64,000 bases of DNA from the sequence record LR746311, one strand, 5' to 3'. Within the stretch, counting starts at the first letter, position 1, and each line of letters starts with the position of its first letter. The translations under genes and the position numbers were made by a program. Origin of the DNA: Shigella phage vB_SsoM_113. The notes under the pieces were generated by a model. The model had not been told where the DNA came from. It made no database searches and saw nothing but the letters and a program-made list of their open reading frames with translations. This document shows, piece after piece, positions 19,001 to 28,294 of the stretch.

Positions 19001-19627
19001 ATGTATGAATACAAATTTGACGTGAGAGTTGGTTCTAAAATAATCAACTGTCGCGCATTTACTCTTAAAGAATATCTAGAACTTATTACTGCTAAAAAGA
19101 ACGGTTCAGTAGAAGAGATCGTTAAAAAGCTAATCAAAGACTGTACAAATGCAAAAGATTTAAACCGTCAAGAATCAGAACTACTATTGATTCATTTATG
19201 GGCGCATTCTCTTGGAGAAGTTAATCACGAAAACTCCTGGAAGTGCACCTGTGGAACTGAAATACCAACCCATATAAATCTATTACATACACAAATAGAT
19301 GCACCAGAAGACCTCTGGTATACACTGGGTGACATTAAAATTAAGTTCCATTACCCTAAAATTTTTGATGATAAAAACATAGCCAACATGATAGTATCAT
19401 GTATAGAAACGATTCATGCTAACGGTGAAAGCATTCCAATTGAAGACTTAAATGAAAAAGAGTTGGAAGATTTATATTCTATCATCACAGAGTCAGATAT
19501 TGTAGCTATAAAAGATATGCTTTTAAAGCCTACTATTTATTTGGCTGTTCCAATTAAGTGTCCAGAGTGTGGAAAAACTCACGCTCATGTAATAAGAGGA
19601 CTCAAAGAATTCTTTGAGCTATTGTAA
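19001..19627 (+). CDS. 26: baseplate hub subunit gp26
   Basis: 208 aa as in T4; RBS AAGGAG. Confidence 0.85.
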   Translation: MYEYKFDVRVGSKIINCRAFTLKEYLELITAKKNGSVEEIVKKLIKDCTNAKDLNRQESELLLIHLWAHSLGEVNHENSWKCTCGTEIPTHINLLHTQIDAPEDLWYTLGDIKIKFHYPKIFDDKNIANMIVSCIETIHANGESIPIEDLNEKELEDLYSIITESDIVAIKDMLLKPTIYLAVPIKCPECGKTHAHVIRGLKEFFELL

Positions 19628-20025
19628 TGGCAAATATTAATAAGCTTTATTCTGACATTGACCCAGAAATGAAAATGGATTGGGATAAAGATGTTTCTAG
19701 ATCCCTTGGATTAAGGTCAATTAAAAATAGCCTTTTAGGAATTATTACAACCAGGAAAGGGTCAAGACCATTTGACCCAGAATTTGGATGCGATTTATCT
19801 GACCAGCTTTTTGAGAATATGACTCCTCTTACTGCTGATACTGTTGAGCGTAACATTGAAAGCGCAGTAAGAAACTACGAGCCACGTATTGATAAATTAG
19901 CAGTTAATGTAATACCAGTTTATGATGATTATACTCTGATAGTAGAAATACGCTTTTCAGTCATCGATAACCCTGATGATATTGAGCAGATAAAACTGCA
20001 ACTGTCTTCTAATAACAGAGTATAA
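19627..20025 (+). CDS. 25: baseplate wedge subunit gp25
   Basis: 132 aa as in T4; follows gene 26. Confidence 0.9.
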   Translation: MANINKLYSDIDPEMKMDWDKDVSRSLGLRSIKNSLLGIITTRKGSRPFDPEFGCDLSDQLFENMTPLTADTVERNIESAVRNYEPRIDKLAVNVIPVYDDYTLIVEIRFSVIDNPDDIEQIKLQLSSNNRV

Positions 20026-20091
20026 TGCTTCACGTATAAACGTGGTATAATGAATCTAAGTCCATCCAATAACAATTGAATAGAGAACAAC

Positions 20092-20505
20092 ATGAAATTA
20101 GAAGATCTTCAAGAAGAATTGAAGAAAGATGTGTTTATAGATTCGACTAAATTACAGTATGAAGCAGCTAATAATGTGATGTTATATAGTAAATGGCTCA
20201 ATAAGCATTCAAGTATTAAAAAGGAAATGCTTAGAATTGAAGCACAGAAAAAAGTTGCTCTTAAAGCTAAATTAGACTACTACTCGGGACGAGGAGATGG
20301 TGATGAATTTAGTATGGACCGTTATGAGAAATCAGAAATGAAGACAGTTCTATCAGCTGATAAGGATGTTTTAAAAGTTGATACTTCATTGCAATATTGG
20401 GGAATTTTATTGGATTTCTGTAGCGGAGCTCTTGATGCTATTAAATCACGCGGATTTGCTATTAAGCATATTCAAGACATGCGAGCATTTGAGGCTGGAA
20501 AATAA
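20092..20505 (+). CDS. uvsY: recombination mediator UvsY
   Basis: 137 aa as in T4; position downstream of gene 25. Confidence 0.9.
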   Translation: MKLEDLQEELKKDVFIDSTKLQYEAANNVMLYSKWLNKHSSIKKEMLRIEAQKKVALKAKLDYYSGRGDGDEFSMDRYEKSEMKTVLSADKDVLKVDTSLQYWGILLDFCSGALDAIKSRGFAIKHIQDMRAFEAGK

Positions 20506-20729
20506 TGAAATATAGCATTGATGATGCTTTTAATTATGAAGAAGAATTCGAAACGGAAATTCAATTCTTAATGAAAAAGTATAATCTCAAGCGTCAGGAT
20601 ATTCGTATCCTGGCCGACCACCCATGCGGTGAAGATGTACTTTATGTTAAAGGAAAATTTGCCGGATATCTTGATGAATATTTTTATTCTAAAGATATGG
20701 GCATTGATATGCATATGAGAGTTATATAA
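20505..20729 (+). CDS. hypothetical protein, uvsY.-1 position (74 aa)
   Basis: ORF track; ATGA overlap with the uvsY stop. Confidence 0.6.
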   Translation: MKYSIDDAFNYEEEFETEIQFLMKKYNLKRQDIRILADHPCGEDVLYVKGKFAGYLDEYFYSKDMGIDMHMRVI

Positions 20730-20732
20730 ATA
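20725..20732 (+). promoter_or_regulatory. late promoter motif TATAAATA
   Basis: TATAAATA about 25 nt upstream of the small ORF at 20758. Confidence 0.4.
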
Positions 20733-20757
20733 GATATATAATTTAGAGGAGACAATC

Positions 20758-20925
20758 ATGTCAGATAAGATTTGTGTTGTCTGTAAAACTCCAATCGATT
20801 CTGCATTGGTTGTTGAAACAGACAAAGGTCCTGTACATCCTGGGCCTTGTTATAATTACATTAAAGAACTACCAGTTTCAGAAAGTTCGGAAGAACAATT
20901 AAATGAAACACAACTTTTGCTATAG
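20758..20925 (+). CDS. small Cys-rich protein (55 aa), uvsY.-2 position; not in the ORF track
   Basis: ATG preceded by GAGGAG; translation MSDKICVVCKTPIDSALVVETDKGPVHPGPCYNYIKELPVSESSEEQLNETQLLL (CxxC...C spacing). Confidence 0.5.
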   Translation: MSDKICVVCKTPIDSALVVETDKGPVHPGPCYNYIKELPVSESSEEQLNETQLLL

Positions 20926-20948
20926 TGTGACCTTTAGTCTATAGTTTT

Positions 20949-20977
20949 GGCCCTTCCTTTTTGGTTGGGCCTTTTTT
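20949..20977. terminator. stem-loop plus T-run between convergent genes
   Basis: GGCCC...GGGCC followed by TTTTTT; lies between the + strand small ORF and the - strand uvsW.1-like ORF. Confidence 0.5.
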
Positions 20978-20980
20978 AAT

Positions 20981-21211
20981 TTAAAAGCTTTCTTCTACTT
21001 CATCGTCTGAATCTTCTAATTCAGCTCTTTTTCCTGCCAAAGCATCTCTCACAGAGATGTCATCAGTATCTTTTAATTCAGTTTCTTTAACTCTTTTCTT
21101 GTAATAAGCTTCAAGTTCTTCTAGACCTTCTATCGTTTGACAAGAGGCAATTTTACCCATAAATTCATCAATAGAAGCTTCATAAAGAAATTGTTTAAAT
21201 TCTAGTAACAT
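20981..21211 (-). CDS. uvsW.1: UvsW.1-like small acidic protein (76 aa)
   Basis: Track ORF begins at a TTG (21223); the ATG at 21211 follows a GGAG RBS and gives 76 aa, the T4 UvsW.1 length. Confidence 0.65.
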   Translation of the reverse strand: MLLEFKQFLYEASIDEFMGKIASCQTIEGLEELEAYYKKRVKETELKDTDDISVRDALAGKRAELEDSDDEVEESF

Positions 21212-21236
21212 CTTTTTCTCCAAAGGGCCGAAGCCC

Positions 21237-21929
21237 TTATAAATTAACTGTTTTTCTAAGTATTCTTAGTTTGTACATTGATAATCCAGTAGCTTTAGAA
21301 GCATCTTTCATACATTTATACTTAACACCATTTACTTCTATAGGTTTAGCAGCTGGGTTATTAGCTCCTGAATTATCTGGCATGTTATCTTTAATTTTCT
21401 GAATAGATTTAGCGGAATGCTTCCTTCCATACATGCCGTTATTTTTACCCGATTGATTGATTGAATGTAATCTTTTAGCTTCTTCAGTCCATTTCGTTGG
21501 GTTCATTCTTTTAGTTTTACTAATTTTATTTCCCCATGTAATTGGACGGCTTTTCATGAGTTTTGACATATATTGTTTATGTTCTTCCGTATGATGTTTT
21601 CCGTAAAATGGATTACCTTCGCCGGATTGAAGTTCTGCCATTTTACGACGTTCCCATGCGTAAGATTTATTGACGTGTCTTTCATGAGTATTTGAATTCA
21701 TTCCCATACATATAACGGCTTTAATTATACCGTAATGATTTGGATGAATTTTAGCTAAAAGTTTATGGGCTATAAAATGTTCTTCAGCCGTTAGTTCTAC
21801 TAAATTACACTTATCATCTGTACCACCCATACATCTAGGAATTATATGATGAGTTTCAGTGTATCCATTAAGGCGAGCCCGATTCTGGGCTCTATTAATT
21901 AAATTATCATATATTAATTTATAATTCAA
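21237..21929 (-). CDS. HNH homing endonuclease (free-standing, mob-like)
   Basis: 230 aa; HNH motif THHIIPRCMGGTDDKCNLVELTAEEHFIAH; C-terminal NUMOD-like repeats (NPFYGKHHTEEHK, NNGMYGRKHSAKS) and an HTH-like tail. Only possible start upstream of the HNH histidines is a TTG overlapping the uvsW TGA stop. Confidence 0.8.
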   Translation of the reverse strand: MNYKLIYDNLINRAQNRARLNGYTETHHIIPRCMGGTDDKCNLVELTAEEHFIAHKLLAKIHPNHYGIIKAVICMGMNSNTHERHVNKSYAWERRKMAELQSGEGNPFYGKHHTEEHKQYMSKLMKSRPITWGNKISKTKRMNPTKWTEEAKRLHSINQSGKNNGMYGRKHSAKSIQKIKDNMPDNSGANNPAAKPIEVNGVKYKCMKDASKATGLSMYKLRILRKTVNL

Positions 21930-23437
21930 AGTTTAACCTCTTTCATCACATAATTAAACTTTTCATCAGCATAACGCTGAATACGATCAAGTCCATGTTT
22001 TAAAAGATAGTTTAAATGCGAGTATTTTTTAGAAGATGTTTTTGATTTAGAAACTACGCCCGCGTCATCTATAAGATCCCAGACCGTTGCGATTGTTTTA
22101 GAACCATGCTTACGTAATACGCGACCTATTGTTTGCAATACAATAATTTTAGATTTAACACCGTGTGCTAAAACAACGTGATGCAGATTTTTAACTGAAA
22201 TACCAGTAGAAAATACACCATAACTAGCTACTATAATTATTCCTTTACCGTTTTCAGCTAAGGTTTTCATTACATTGCGGGTTTCGGTATCAACTTCCCC
22301 TGATACGTAATAAACTTTATCGTATTCATTTTTAATTAAATCGAAAATAGCTTTACCGTGCGATACGTGTTTAAACATGACAAAAGCATTTTCATCTTTT
22401 TGCGCAAGCTTAATAGCTAATTTAGCGATCCATTTATTTCTTTTACTGAGCCCAGTAATAATTTTTATTTCTTCTTGGTAAGTTTTTCCCTTTAATTTAG
22501 TAGTGAACTCATCGGGATAGCGAAGAAAAATACTATTAATTTTTAACTCAGTTACTTGTCCATCTTCCATTAATTTAGAGGTCGTTACTGGCTTAAATAT
22601 TTCACCGAACATTCCAACATACTGCATGATATTAGCTTTGCCATCGCGCAATGAACCAGACAAACCAAATTTAAACATACAGTTATTTAAACCTGATATG
22701 ATAGATGAAATACTTTTTCCTGTAGCAAGATGACATTCATCATTCATCATCATTCCAAACTGTGAGAACCATTCTTTTGGTTGTTTTACTACAGTTTGCC
22801 ATGTACCAACAACGACTGGTGCATCATTTTTATATTTATCATCTTTTGATGCTCCACCGCCGATTTTCTTTATCATTGCATGACTGAATAAACGATAGTC
22901 AACAAAGTCATCAGCCATCTGAGTTGTCAGAGCAGTTGTTGGAACAATGATAAGAATTTTACCTTCATAATTTTCCAAATAATACCGAGCGAGCAAAGCT
23001 TGAATTAAAGATTTACCTGCGGATGTTGGAAGATTAAGAATTCTACGACGATTAACTAATCCTTCGAACACTGCATCTTTTTGATACCAATGCGGTTCAA
23101 TTCTTTTATTTCCTGAATAGATTTCTAATTTAGAAAGCCATTCATCAAAATCTTTTCTTGATAATTCTTCTTTTTCGTTAATTTGCGGGTCAATCCAGGC
23201 TTTATAGCCAAAGTTATCACAGAACTTTTTAATTTGCCCGACTAAACCGAATGGAAGAAGGCGATTATAATCTAAAAGACGAATTCGTCCATCCCAGTGG
23301 CCATATTTGTATTTCGGATTAAAACGATACCCATCAGCTTCAAAGCTAAAGAAATCACGGAGTTCATGAAATGTGCTTTCTTCACAATCAATTCTCACGT
23401 GACTAAAATCATAAAAATGTACTTTAATGTCAGTCAT
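21926..23437 (-). CDS. uvsW: UvsW ATP-dependent DNA/RNA helicase
   Basis: 503 aa; Walker A (TSAGKS), DECH box (MMMNDECH) and later helicase motifs; length matches T4 UvsW. Confidence 0.92.
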   Translation of the reverse strand: MTDIKVHFYDFSHVRIDCEESTFHELRDFFSFEADGYRFNPKYKYGHWDGRIRLLDYNRLLPFGLVGQIKKFCDNFGYKAWIDPQINEKEELSRKDFDEWLSKLEIYSGNKRIEPHWYQKDAVFEGLVNRRRILNLPTSAGKSLIQALLARYYLENYEGKILIIVPTTALTTQMADDFVDYRLFSHAMIKKIGGGASKDDKYKNDAPVVVGTWQTVVKQPKEWFSQFGMMMNDECHLATGKSISSIISGLNNCMFKFGLSGSLRDGKANIMQYVGMFGEIFKPVTTSKLMEDGQVTELKINSIFLRYPDEFTTKLKGKTYQEEIKIITGLSKRNKWIAKLAIKLAQKDENAFVMFKHVSHGKAIFDLIKNEYDKVYYVSGEVDTETRNVMKTLAENGKGIIIVASYGVFSTGISVKNLHHVVLAHGVKSKIIVLQTIGRVLRKHGSKTIATVWDLIDDAGVVSKSKTSSKKYSHLNYLLKHGLDRIQRYADEKFNYVMKEVKL

Positions 23438-23466
23438 GTCTAAATACCATGTAATAAATATATCTA

Positions 23467-23474
23467 TATTTATA
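23467..23474 (-). promoter_or_regulatory. late promoter motif (TATAAATA on - strand) upstream of uvsW
   Basis: + strand TATTTATA about 30 nt upstream of the uvsW start codon. Confidence 0.4.
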
Positions 23475-23487
23475 CTGAGGAAATATT

Positions 23488-24168
23488 ATGATAGATAAAG
23501 ATTATATTGCAGAGCTGAAGGCTCTTGATGATAATAAAGAAGCTAAAGCTAAATTAGCTGAATATGCTGAACAGTTTGGTATAAAGGTCAAAAAGAATAA
23601 ATCTTTTGATAATATCGTTAATGATATTGAAGAAGCTCTCCAGAAGCTCGCTAGTGAACCTATGCCAGAGACTGATGGGTTATCTATTAAAGACTTAATT
23701 GATGCTGCTGATGCTGCAGACGGATTAAAATATGACGATGAAGAAGTCAATCCAGAGGCAGCACTTCTGATTGATTCTCCGGTTAAATCTGACATTAAAA
23801 TTGAAGTAGTAGAAACGGATAAAATTCCTGAAAATACTGATGTTTTGATTGAAGATACTCCTTTTGTTGAAGAAAAATTCGAACAGGCTGTAGCTGAGAT
23901 TATTGAATCTGAAAAGCCGTCTGTATTTACTCTTCCGGAAAACTTTAGTCCGAATCTTCAGCTGATTGGAAAAAATCCAGGATTCTGCACTGTTCCTTGG
24001 TGGATTTATCAATGGATTGCTGAAACCCCAGATTGGAAATCTCACCCAACTAGTTTTGAACACGCGTCGGCACACCAAACTTTGTTTAGCTTAATTTATT
24101 ACATTAATCGTGACGGATCAGTTCTAATTCGTGAAACACGCAATTCTTCTTTCGTAACATTAAAATAA
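23488..24168 (+). CDS. inh: Inh, inhibitor of prohead protease (hoc.1)
   Basis: 226 aa as in T4 Inh; located immediately upstream of hoc. Confidence 0.8.
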   Translation: MIDKDYIAELKALDDNKEAKAKLAEYAEQFGIKVKKNKSFDNIVNDIEEALQKLASEPMPETDGLSIKDLIDAADAADGLKYDDEEVNPEAALLIDSPVKSDIKIEVVETDKIPENTDVLIEDTPFVEEKFEQAVAEIIESEKPSVFTLPENFSPNLQLIGKNPGFCTVPWWIYQWIAETPDWKSHPTSFEHASAHQTLFSLIYYINRDGSVLIRETRNSSFVTLK

Positions 24169-24177
24169 GGATAACTT

Positions 24178-25308
24178 ATGACTTTTACAGTTGATATAAC
24201 TCCTAAAACACCTACTGGAGTTATTGATGAAACCAAGCAGTTTACTGCTGCACCCAGTGGTCAAACTGAAGGTGGAACTATTACCTATGCTTGGAGTGTA
24301 GATAATGTTCCACAGGATGGAGCTGAAGCAACTTTTGATTATGTATTAAAAGGACCTGCTGGTCAAAAGACTATTAAGGTGGTTGCAACAAATACAGTTC
24401 CAGAAGCTGATCCTGAAACAGCAGAAACTACGACAACTATCACAGTCAAAAATAAAACACAAATAACTACATTAGCCGTAACTCCTGATAGCCCTGATGC
24501 TGGAGTAATCGGAACAGCTGTCCAATTTACTGCTGCCTTAGCTTCACAGCCATCGGGCGCAACTGCCACGTATCAATGGCACGTTGACGGTTCTCCTGTA
24601 AGCGAAGCAACTTCTGCTACATTCAATTACACTCCTGCCACAAGCGGAGTTAAAAAAATCAAGTGCGTAGCTCAAGTAACCGCGACTGATTACGATACAT
24701 TGAGCGTTACTTCTAATGAAGTATCATTAACAGTTAATAAGAAAACAATGAATCCACAGGTTACATTGACTCCTCCTTCTATTAACGTTCAGCAAGATGC
24801 TTCGGCTACATTTACGGCTAATGTTACTGGAGCACCTGAAACAGCACAAATTACTTATTCATGGAAGAAAGATTCTTCTCCTGTGGAAGGGTCAACTAAT
24901 GTATACACCGTTGATACATCATCTATTGGAAGTCAAACTATTGAAGTTACTGCTGTCGTTACAGCAACTGACTATGATAGTAAAACAGTTAAAGCGACTG
25001 GTCAAGTTCAGGTAACTGATAAAGTTGCTCCGGAACCAGAAGGTGAATTGCCTTATGTTCATCCTCTTCCACATCGTACTTCAGCTTATATCTGGTGCGG
25101 TTGGTGGGTTATGGATGAAATCCAAAAAATGACCGAAGAAGGTAAAGATTGGAAAACTGAAGATCCAGATAGTAAATACTACCTGCATCGTTACACTCTT
25201 CAGAAGATGATGAAAGACTATCCGGAAGTTGATGTTCAAGAATCACGCAATGGATACATCATTCATAAAACTGCTTTAGAAACTGGTATCATCTATACCT
25301 ATCCATAA
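24178..25308 (+). CDS. hoc: Hoc, highly immunogenic outer capsid protein
   Basis: 376 aa as in T4; repeated Ig-like segments (TYAW/TYQW/TYSW-containing repeats). Confidence 0.9.
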   Translation: MTFTVDITPKTPTGVIDETKQFTAAPSGQTEGGTITYAWSVDNVPQDGAEATFDYVLKGPAGQKTIKVVATNTVPEADPETAETTTTITVKNKTQITTLAVTPDSPDAGVIGTAVQFTAALASQPSGATATYQWHVDGSPVSEATSATFNYTPATSGVKKIKCVAQVTATDYDTLSVTSNEVSLTVNKKTMNPQVTLTPPSINVQQDASATFTANVTGAPETAQITYSWKKDSSPVEGSTNVYTVDTSSIGSQTIEVTAVVTATDYDSKTVKATGQVQVTDKVAPEPEGELPYVHPLPHRTSAYIWCGWWVMDEIQKMTEEGKDWKTEDPDSKYYLHRYTLQKMMKDYPEVDVQESRNGYIIHKTALETGIIYTYP

Positions 25309-25318
25309 TCATAATCAT

Positions 25319-25347
25319 AAGGGGCTTCGGCCCCTTTCTTCATTTTG
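25319..25347 (+). terminator. rho-independent terminator after hoc
   Basis: AAGGGGC-TTCG-GCCCCTT followed by TCTTCATTTT. Confidence 0.6.
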
Positions 25348-25403
25348 AAAGCACACAAAACATACTCAGAAAATGATGTATATAATGGCATCAACTCGAT
25401 AAC

Positions 25404-25619
25404 ATGAGATTGATTATGAGAACTGAGGTTGTGGTGTTTACTCTTCATGAGTCTGGAAAGTCATTCATTGAAATTGCTCGTGAATTAAACTTACAGGCGA
25501 AAGAAGTGGCTGTATTATGGGCTCGAGCTATGACTGCTAAGAATAAATTTGAAACTCGAGAAAAAGTTGTCTATAGAAAAAGACATATTAATAAAAAGGT
25601 GAAAAATGGAACAGTATGA
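25404..25619 (+). CDS. hypothetical small protein with HTH-like segment (24.3 position)
   Basis: 71 aa; SFIEIARELNLQAKEV resembles a helix-turn-helix. Confidence 0.5.
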   Translation: MRLIMRTEVVVFTLHESGKSFIEIARELNLQAKEVAVLWARAMTAKNKFETREKVVYRKRHINKKVKNGTV

Positions 25620-25884
25620 TCTTTATGAAAATGAATCTTTTGCTAATCGATTACGCGAAAAAGCACTTAAAAGTAAACAGTTTAAGCTAGAGTGTTTTAT
25701 TAAAGATTTTTCGGAACTTGCTAATAAAGCAGCTGAACAAGGTAAAACATATTTTAGTTATTATTGTACTGCTCGCGATAAATTGATTACTGAAGAAATT
25801 GGTGATTGGCTGAGAAAAGAAGGATTTAGCTTTAAAGTCAATAGTGATCAGCGTGATGGTGATTGGTTAGAAATTACATTTTGA
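25606..25884 (+). CDS. hypothetical protein (24.2 position, 92 aa)
   Basis: ORF track; overlaps the upstream ORF end. Confidence 0.55.
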   Translation: MEQYDLYENESFANRLREKALKSKQFKLECFIKDFSELANKAAEQGKTYFSYYCTARDKLITEEIGDWLRKEGFSFKVNSDQRDGDWLEITF

Positions 25885-25893
25885 GGATTAATT

Positions 25894-26898
25894 ATGTTTA
25901 AAAAGTATAGCAGTCTTGAAAATCATTACAATTCTAAATTCATTGAAAAACTTTATAGTTTAGGATTGACTGGTGGCGAATGGGTAGCTCGTGAAAAGAT
26001 TCATGGCACAAATTTCTCGTTGATTATTGAGCGTGATAAAGTAACTTGTGCTAAACGCACTGGTCCTATTCTTCCTGCTGAAGATTTCTTTGGGTATGAA
26101 ATTATTTTGAAGAATTACGCTGATTCCATTAAAGCAGTACAAGATATTATGGAAACTTCAGCGGTTGTATCTTATCAAGTCTTCGGTGAATTCGCTGGAC
26201 CTGGCATTCAGAAGAATGTCGATTATGGCGATAAAGATTTTTATGTATTTGACATTATTGTTACTACAGAAAGTGGTGATGTGACTTATGTCGATGATTA
26301 TATGATGGAATCATTTTGTAATACATTTAAATTTAAAATGGCTCCACTTTTAGGTCGTGGTAAATTTGAAGAGCTTATTAAATTGCCAAATGATTTAGAT
26401 TCTGTCGTCCAAGATTATAATTTTACAGTAGACCATGCTGGATTAGTTGATGCAAATAAATGCGTTTGGAATGCTGAAGCAAAAGGCGAAGTATTTACCG
26501 CTGAAGGATATGTATTGAAACCTTGTTATCCTTCTTGGCTGCATAACGGCAATCGTGTAGCTATCAAATGCAAGAACTCTAAATTTAGTGAAAAGAAAAA
26601 GTCTGATAAGCCTATTAAAGCTAAAGTTGAACTGTCAGAAGCTGATAACAAATTGGTTGGAATTTTAGCTTGTTACGTTACACTGAACCGAGTAAATAAC
26701 GTTATTTCTAAAATTGGCGAAATTGGTCCAAAAGATTTTGGAAAGGTGATGGGACTAACTGTTCAAGATATTTTGGAAGAAACTTCTCGTGAAGGTATTA
26801 CTCTAACTCAAGCAGATAATCCTTCTTTGGTTAAAAAGGAATTAGTTAAAATGGTACAAGATATACTTCGTCCGGCTTGGATTGAATTGGTAAGTTAA
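25894..26898 (+). CDS. rnlB: RNA ligase 2
   Basis: 334 aa as in T4 Rnl2; nucleotidyltransferase motif [10 protein letters not shown] (lysine of KxHG). Confidence 0.9.
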   Translation: MFKKYSSLENHYNSKFIEKLYSLGLTGGEWVAREKIHGTNFSLIIERDKVTCAKRTGPILPAEDFFGYEIILKNYADSIKAVQDIMETSAVVSYQVFGEFAGPGIQKNVDYGDKDFYVFDIIVTTESGDVTYVDDYMMESFCNTFKFKMAPLLGRGKFEELIKLPNDLDSVVQDYNFTVDHAGLVDANKCVWNAEAKGEVFTAEGYVLKPCYPSWLHNGNRVAIKCKNSKFSEKKKSDKPIKAKVELSEADNKLVGILACYVTLNRVNNVISKIGEIGPKDFGKVMGLTVQDILEETSREGITLTQADNPSLVKKELVKMVQDILRPAWIELVS

Positions 26899-26902
26899 AT
26901 AA

Positions 26903-26931
26903 AAAGGGACCTTTCGGTCCCTTTGTTTTAT
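26903..26931. terminator. bidirectional terminator between rnlB and gene 24
   Basis: AAAGGGACC-TTTC-GGTCCCTTT followed by GTTTTATT. Confidence 0.6.
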
Positions 26932-28211
26932 TCATCAACGATAATTTTTGGTAGCTTAACACCTAATAAAACAGACAAATCTGAACGACCCGCCATTTTA
27001 TCCATGTCTCCACCATCAATTACTCTTGCTTCTTTTTCATCTTTTGCTACAGTGTAAGGATTTGCAGATAAAGCATATCTAACTAATAAACCGATAGATG
27101 GCTGCAAACTTTCTGGATCAACTACAACTTTAAATGCACCTACATGTTCAGGGTCATCTAAGTCAAGACCTTCTGTATACGGAGCATAGAAAATTGATCC
27201 AACAATTTCTTTTTCACCGATATTTTCTACTACGCCAACGATTACATAATCTAATGGGCTGTTGGTATCGCAATAAAGCGGTAAACCATTAGCTAAGAAC
27301 CCATAGGCATTTTGTGAAAGATATTTGTCATCTTCTGGTTTATGTTTTAACCAACCTGACGCAGCAAGAATCGCAGCGGCACGAGCTGAAGCAACACAGA
27401 ACGTTGCGGTGTAAGTTGATTCTTTCTGGATATGTGAAACCATTTCACATACCATTCGGTATAATGAACGACCTGCTTCAGGTGCAGATGCATAACTCAA
27501 ATCAATGAATCCAGTATCAGTAATTCCTGTAACTTTATAGCGTTTTGATACTGTAATCAAAGACTGTAGAATATCTTTATTGATTTCATCCGCCATTTCA
27601 GTTGCAAGCAAATCTTCCAAGAAATTAGGAGCATCGAATCCATTTGCTTCTAAATCTTGTGCTAATTCGACTGTGATGCCAGTTTTAAGTTTACGAGATT
27701 TAACTGCGGTTTGCCATTTATTAATCTGGAATCTAGCATCCGCAATTTCACTATCAGAGCTTTCAAATTTGCTTGTTACTGCAGCATCAGAAAATAGACG
27801 AACCTTTAAAAGAACAATTGCAATCTGAAGAGCTAATTCTAAATCGCTTTCTTCAATATCAGCAAATGGTGTATCTTCTAATACTTTATAAACGATATTG
27901 TTATATTTGAATAAATCGCCTTTATTGAGAGTTAATTTAGACTCTTCTGTTAATTCTGTGATTTGTTTTCGGTCTACGTATCCAGCTTCGCCAGCGTAAG
28001 TAGCACCAGTTTTAAATGTAAATTCGTTATCTGGGTTAAGGTATTTAATACCGTAAAAAGCAGCAACAGGTTGATTAGTTCTTTGCGTTGCTACAATATC
28101 AGAATATATTAATTTAGTGGTAGCGCGAGTCAAAGCAACGAGATTTGGGCGACCGATTGAGTTGCTATTCGTTGTGGTTGATTCGCGCAGAAGTTCGTTG
28201 ATTTTAGCCAT
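26928..28211 (-). CDS. 24: head vertex protein gp24
   Basis: 427 aa as in T4; paralogous similarity to gp23 (for example a shared SIELAQDL-like segment). Confidence 0.9.
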   Translation of the reverse strand: MAKINELLRESTTTNSNSIGRPNLVALTRATTKLIYSDIVATQRTNQPVAAFYGIKYLNPDNEFTFKTGATYAGEAGYVDRKQITELTEESKLTLNKGDLFKYNNIVYKVLEDTPFADIEESDLELALQIAIVLLKVRLFSDAAVTSKFESSDSEIADARFQINKWQTAVKSRKLKTGITVELAQDLEANGFDAPNFLEDLLATEMADEINKDILQSLITVSKRYKVTGITDTGFIDLSYASAPEAGRSLYRMVCEMVSHIQKESTYTATFCVASARAAAILAASGWLKHKPEDDKYLSQNAYGFLANGLPLYCDTNSPLDYVIVGVVENIGEKEIVGSIFYAPYTEGLDLDDPEHVGAFKVVVDPESLQPSIGLLVRYALSANPYTVAKDEKEARVIDGGDMDKMAGRSDLSVLLGVKLPKIIVDE

Positions 28212-28238
28212 TGCGCTTTCCTTTTGGTTTATATGATT

Positions 28239-28246
28239 TATTTATA
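28239..28246 (-). promoter_or_regulatory. late promoter (TATAAATA on - strand) for gene 24
   Basis: + strand TATTTATA about 30 nt upstream of the gene 24 start. Confidence 0.45.
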
Positions 28247-28261
28247 CCATAAAAACAACTA

Positions 28262-28281
28262 AAGGGACCCGAAGGTCCCTT
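28262..28281 (-). terminator. stem-loop between genes 23 and 24 (partial terminator)
   Basis: AAGGGACC-CGAA-GGTCCCTT immediately downstream of the gp23 stop. Confidence 0.4.
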
Positions 28282-28294
28282 AAATCGTCAAAGA

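Noticed and set aside
23438-23487. Possible + strand late promoter for inh (TAATAAATAT)
   Set aside because: Matches TATAAATA at only 7 of 8 positions; the exact motif in this interval lies on the opposite strand and fits uvsW.
24363-25015. Small ORFs inside hoc (24363..24569 - strand and 24797..25015 + strand, out of frame)
   Set aside because: Embedded within the hoc coding sequence with no independent signals; low-complexity translations.
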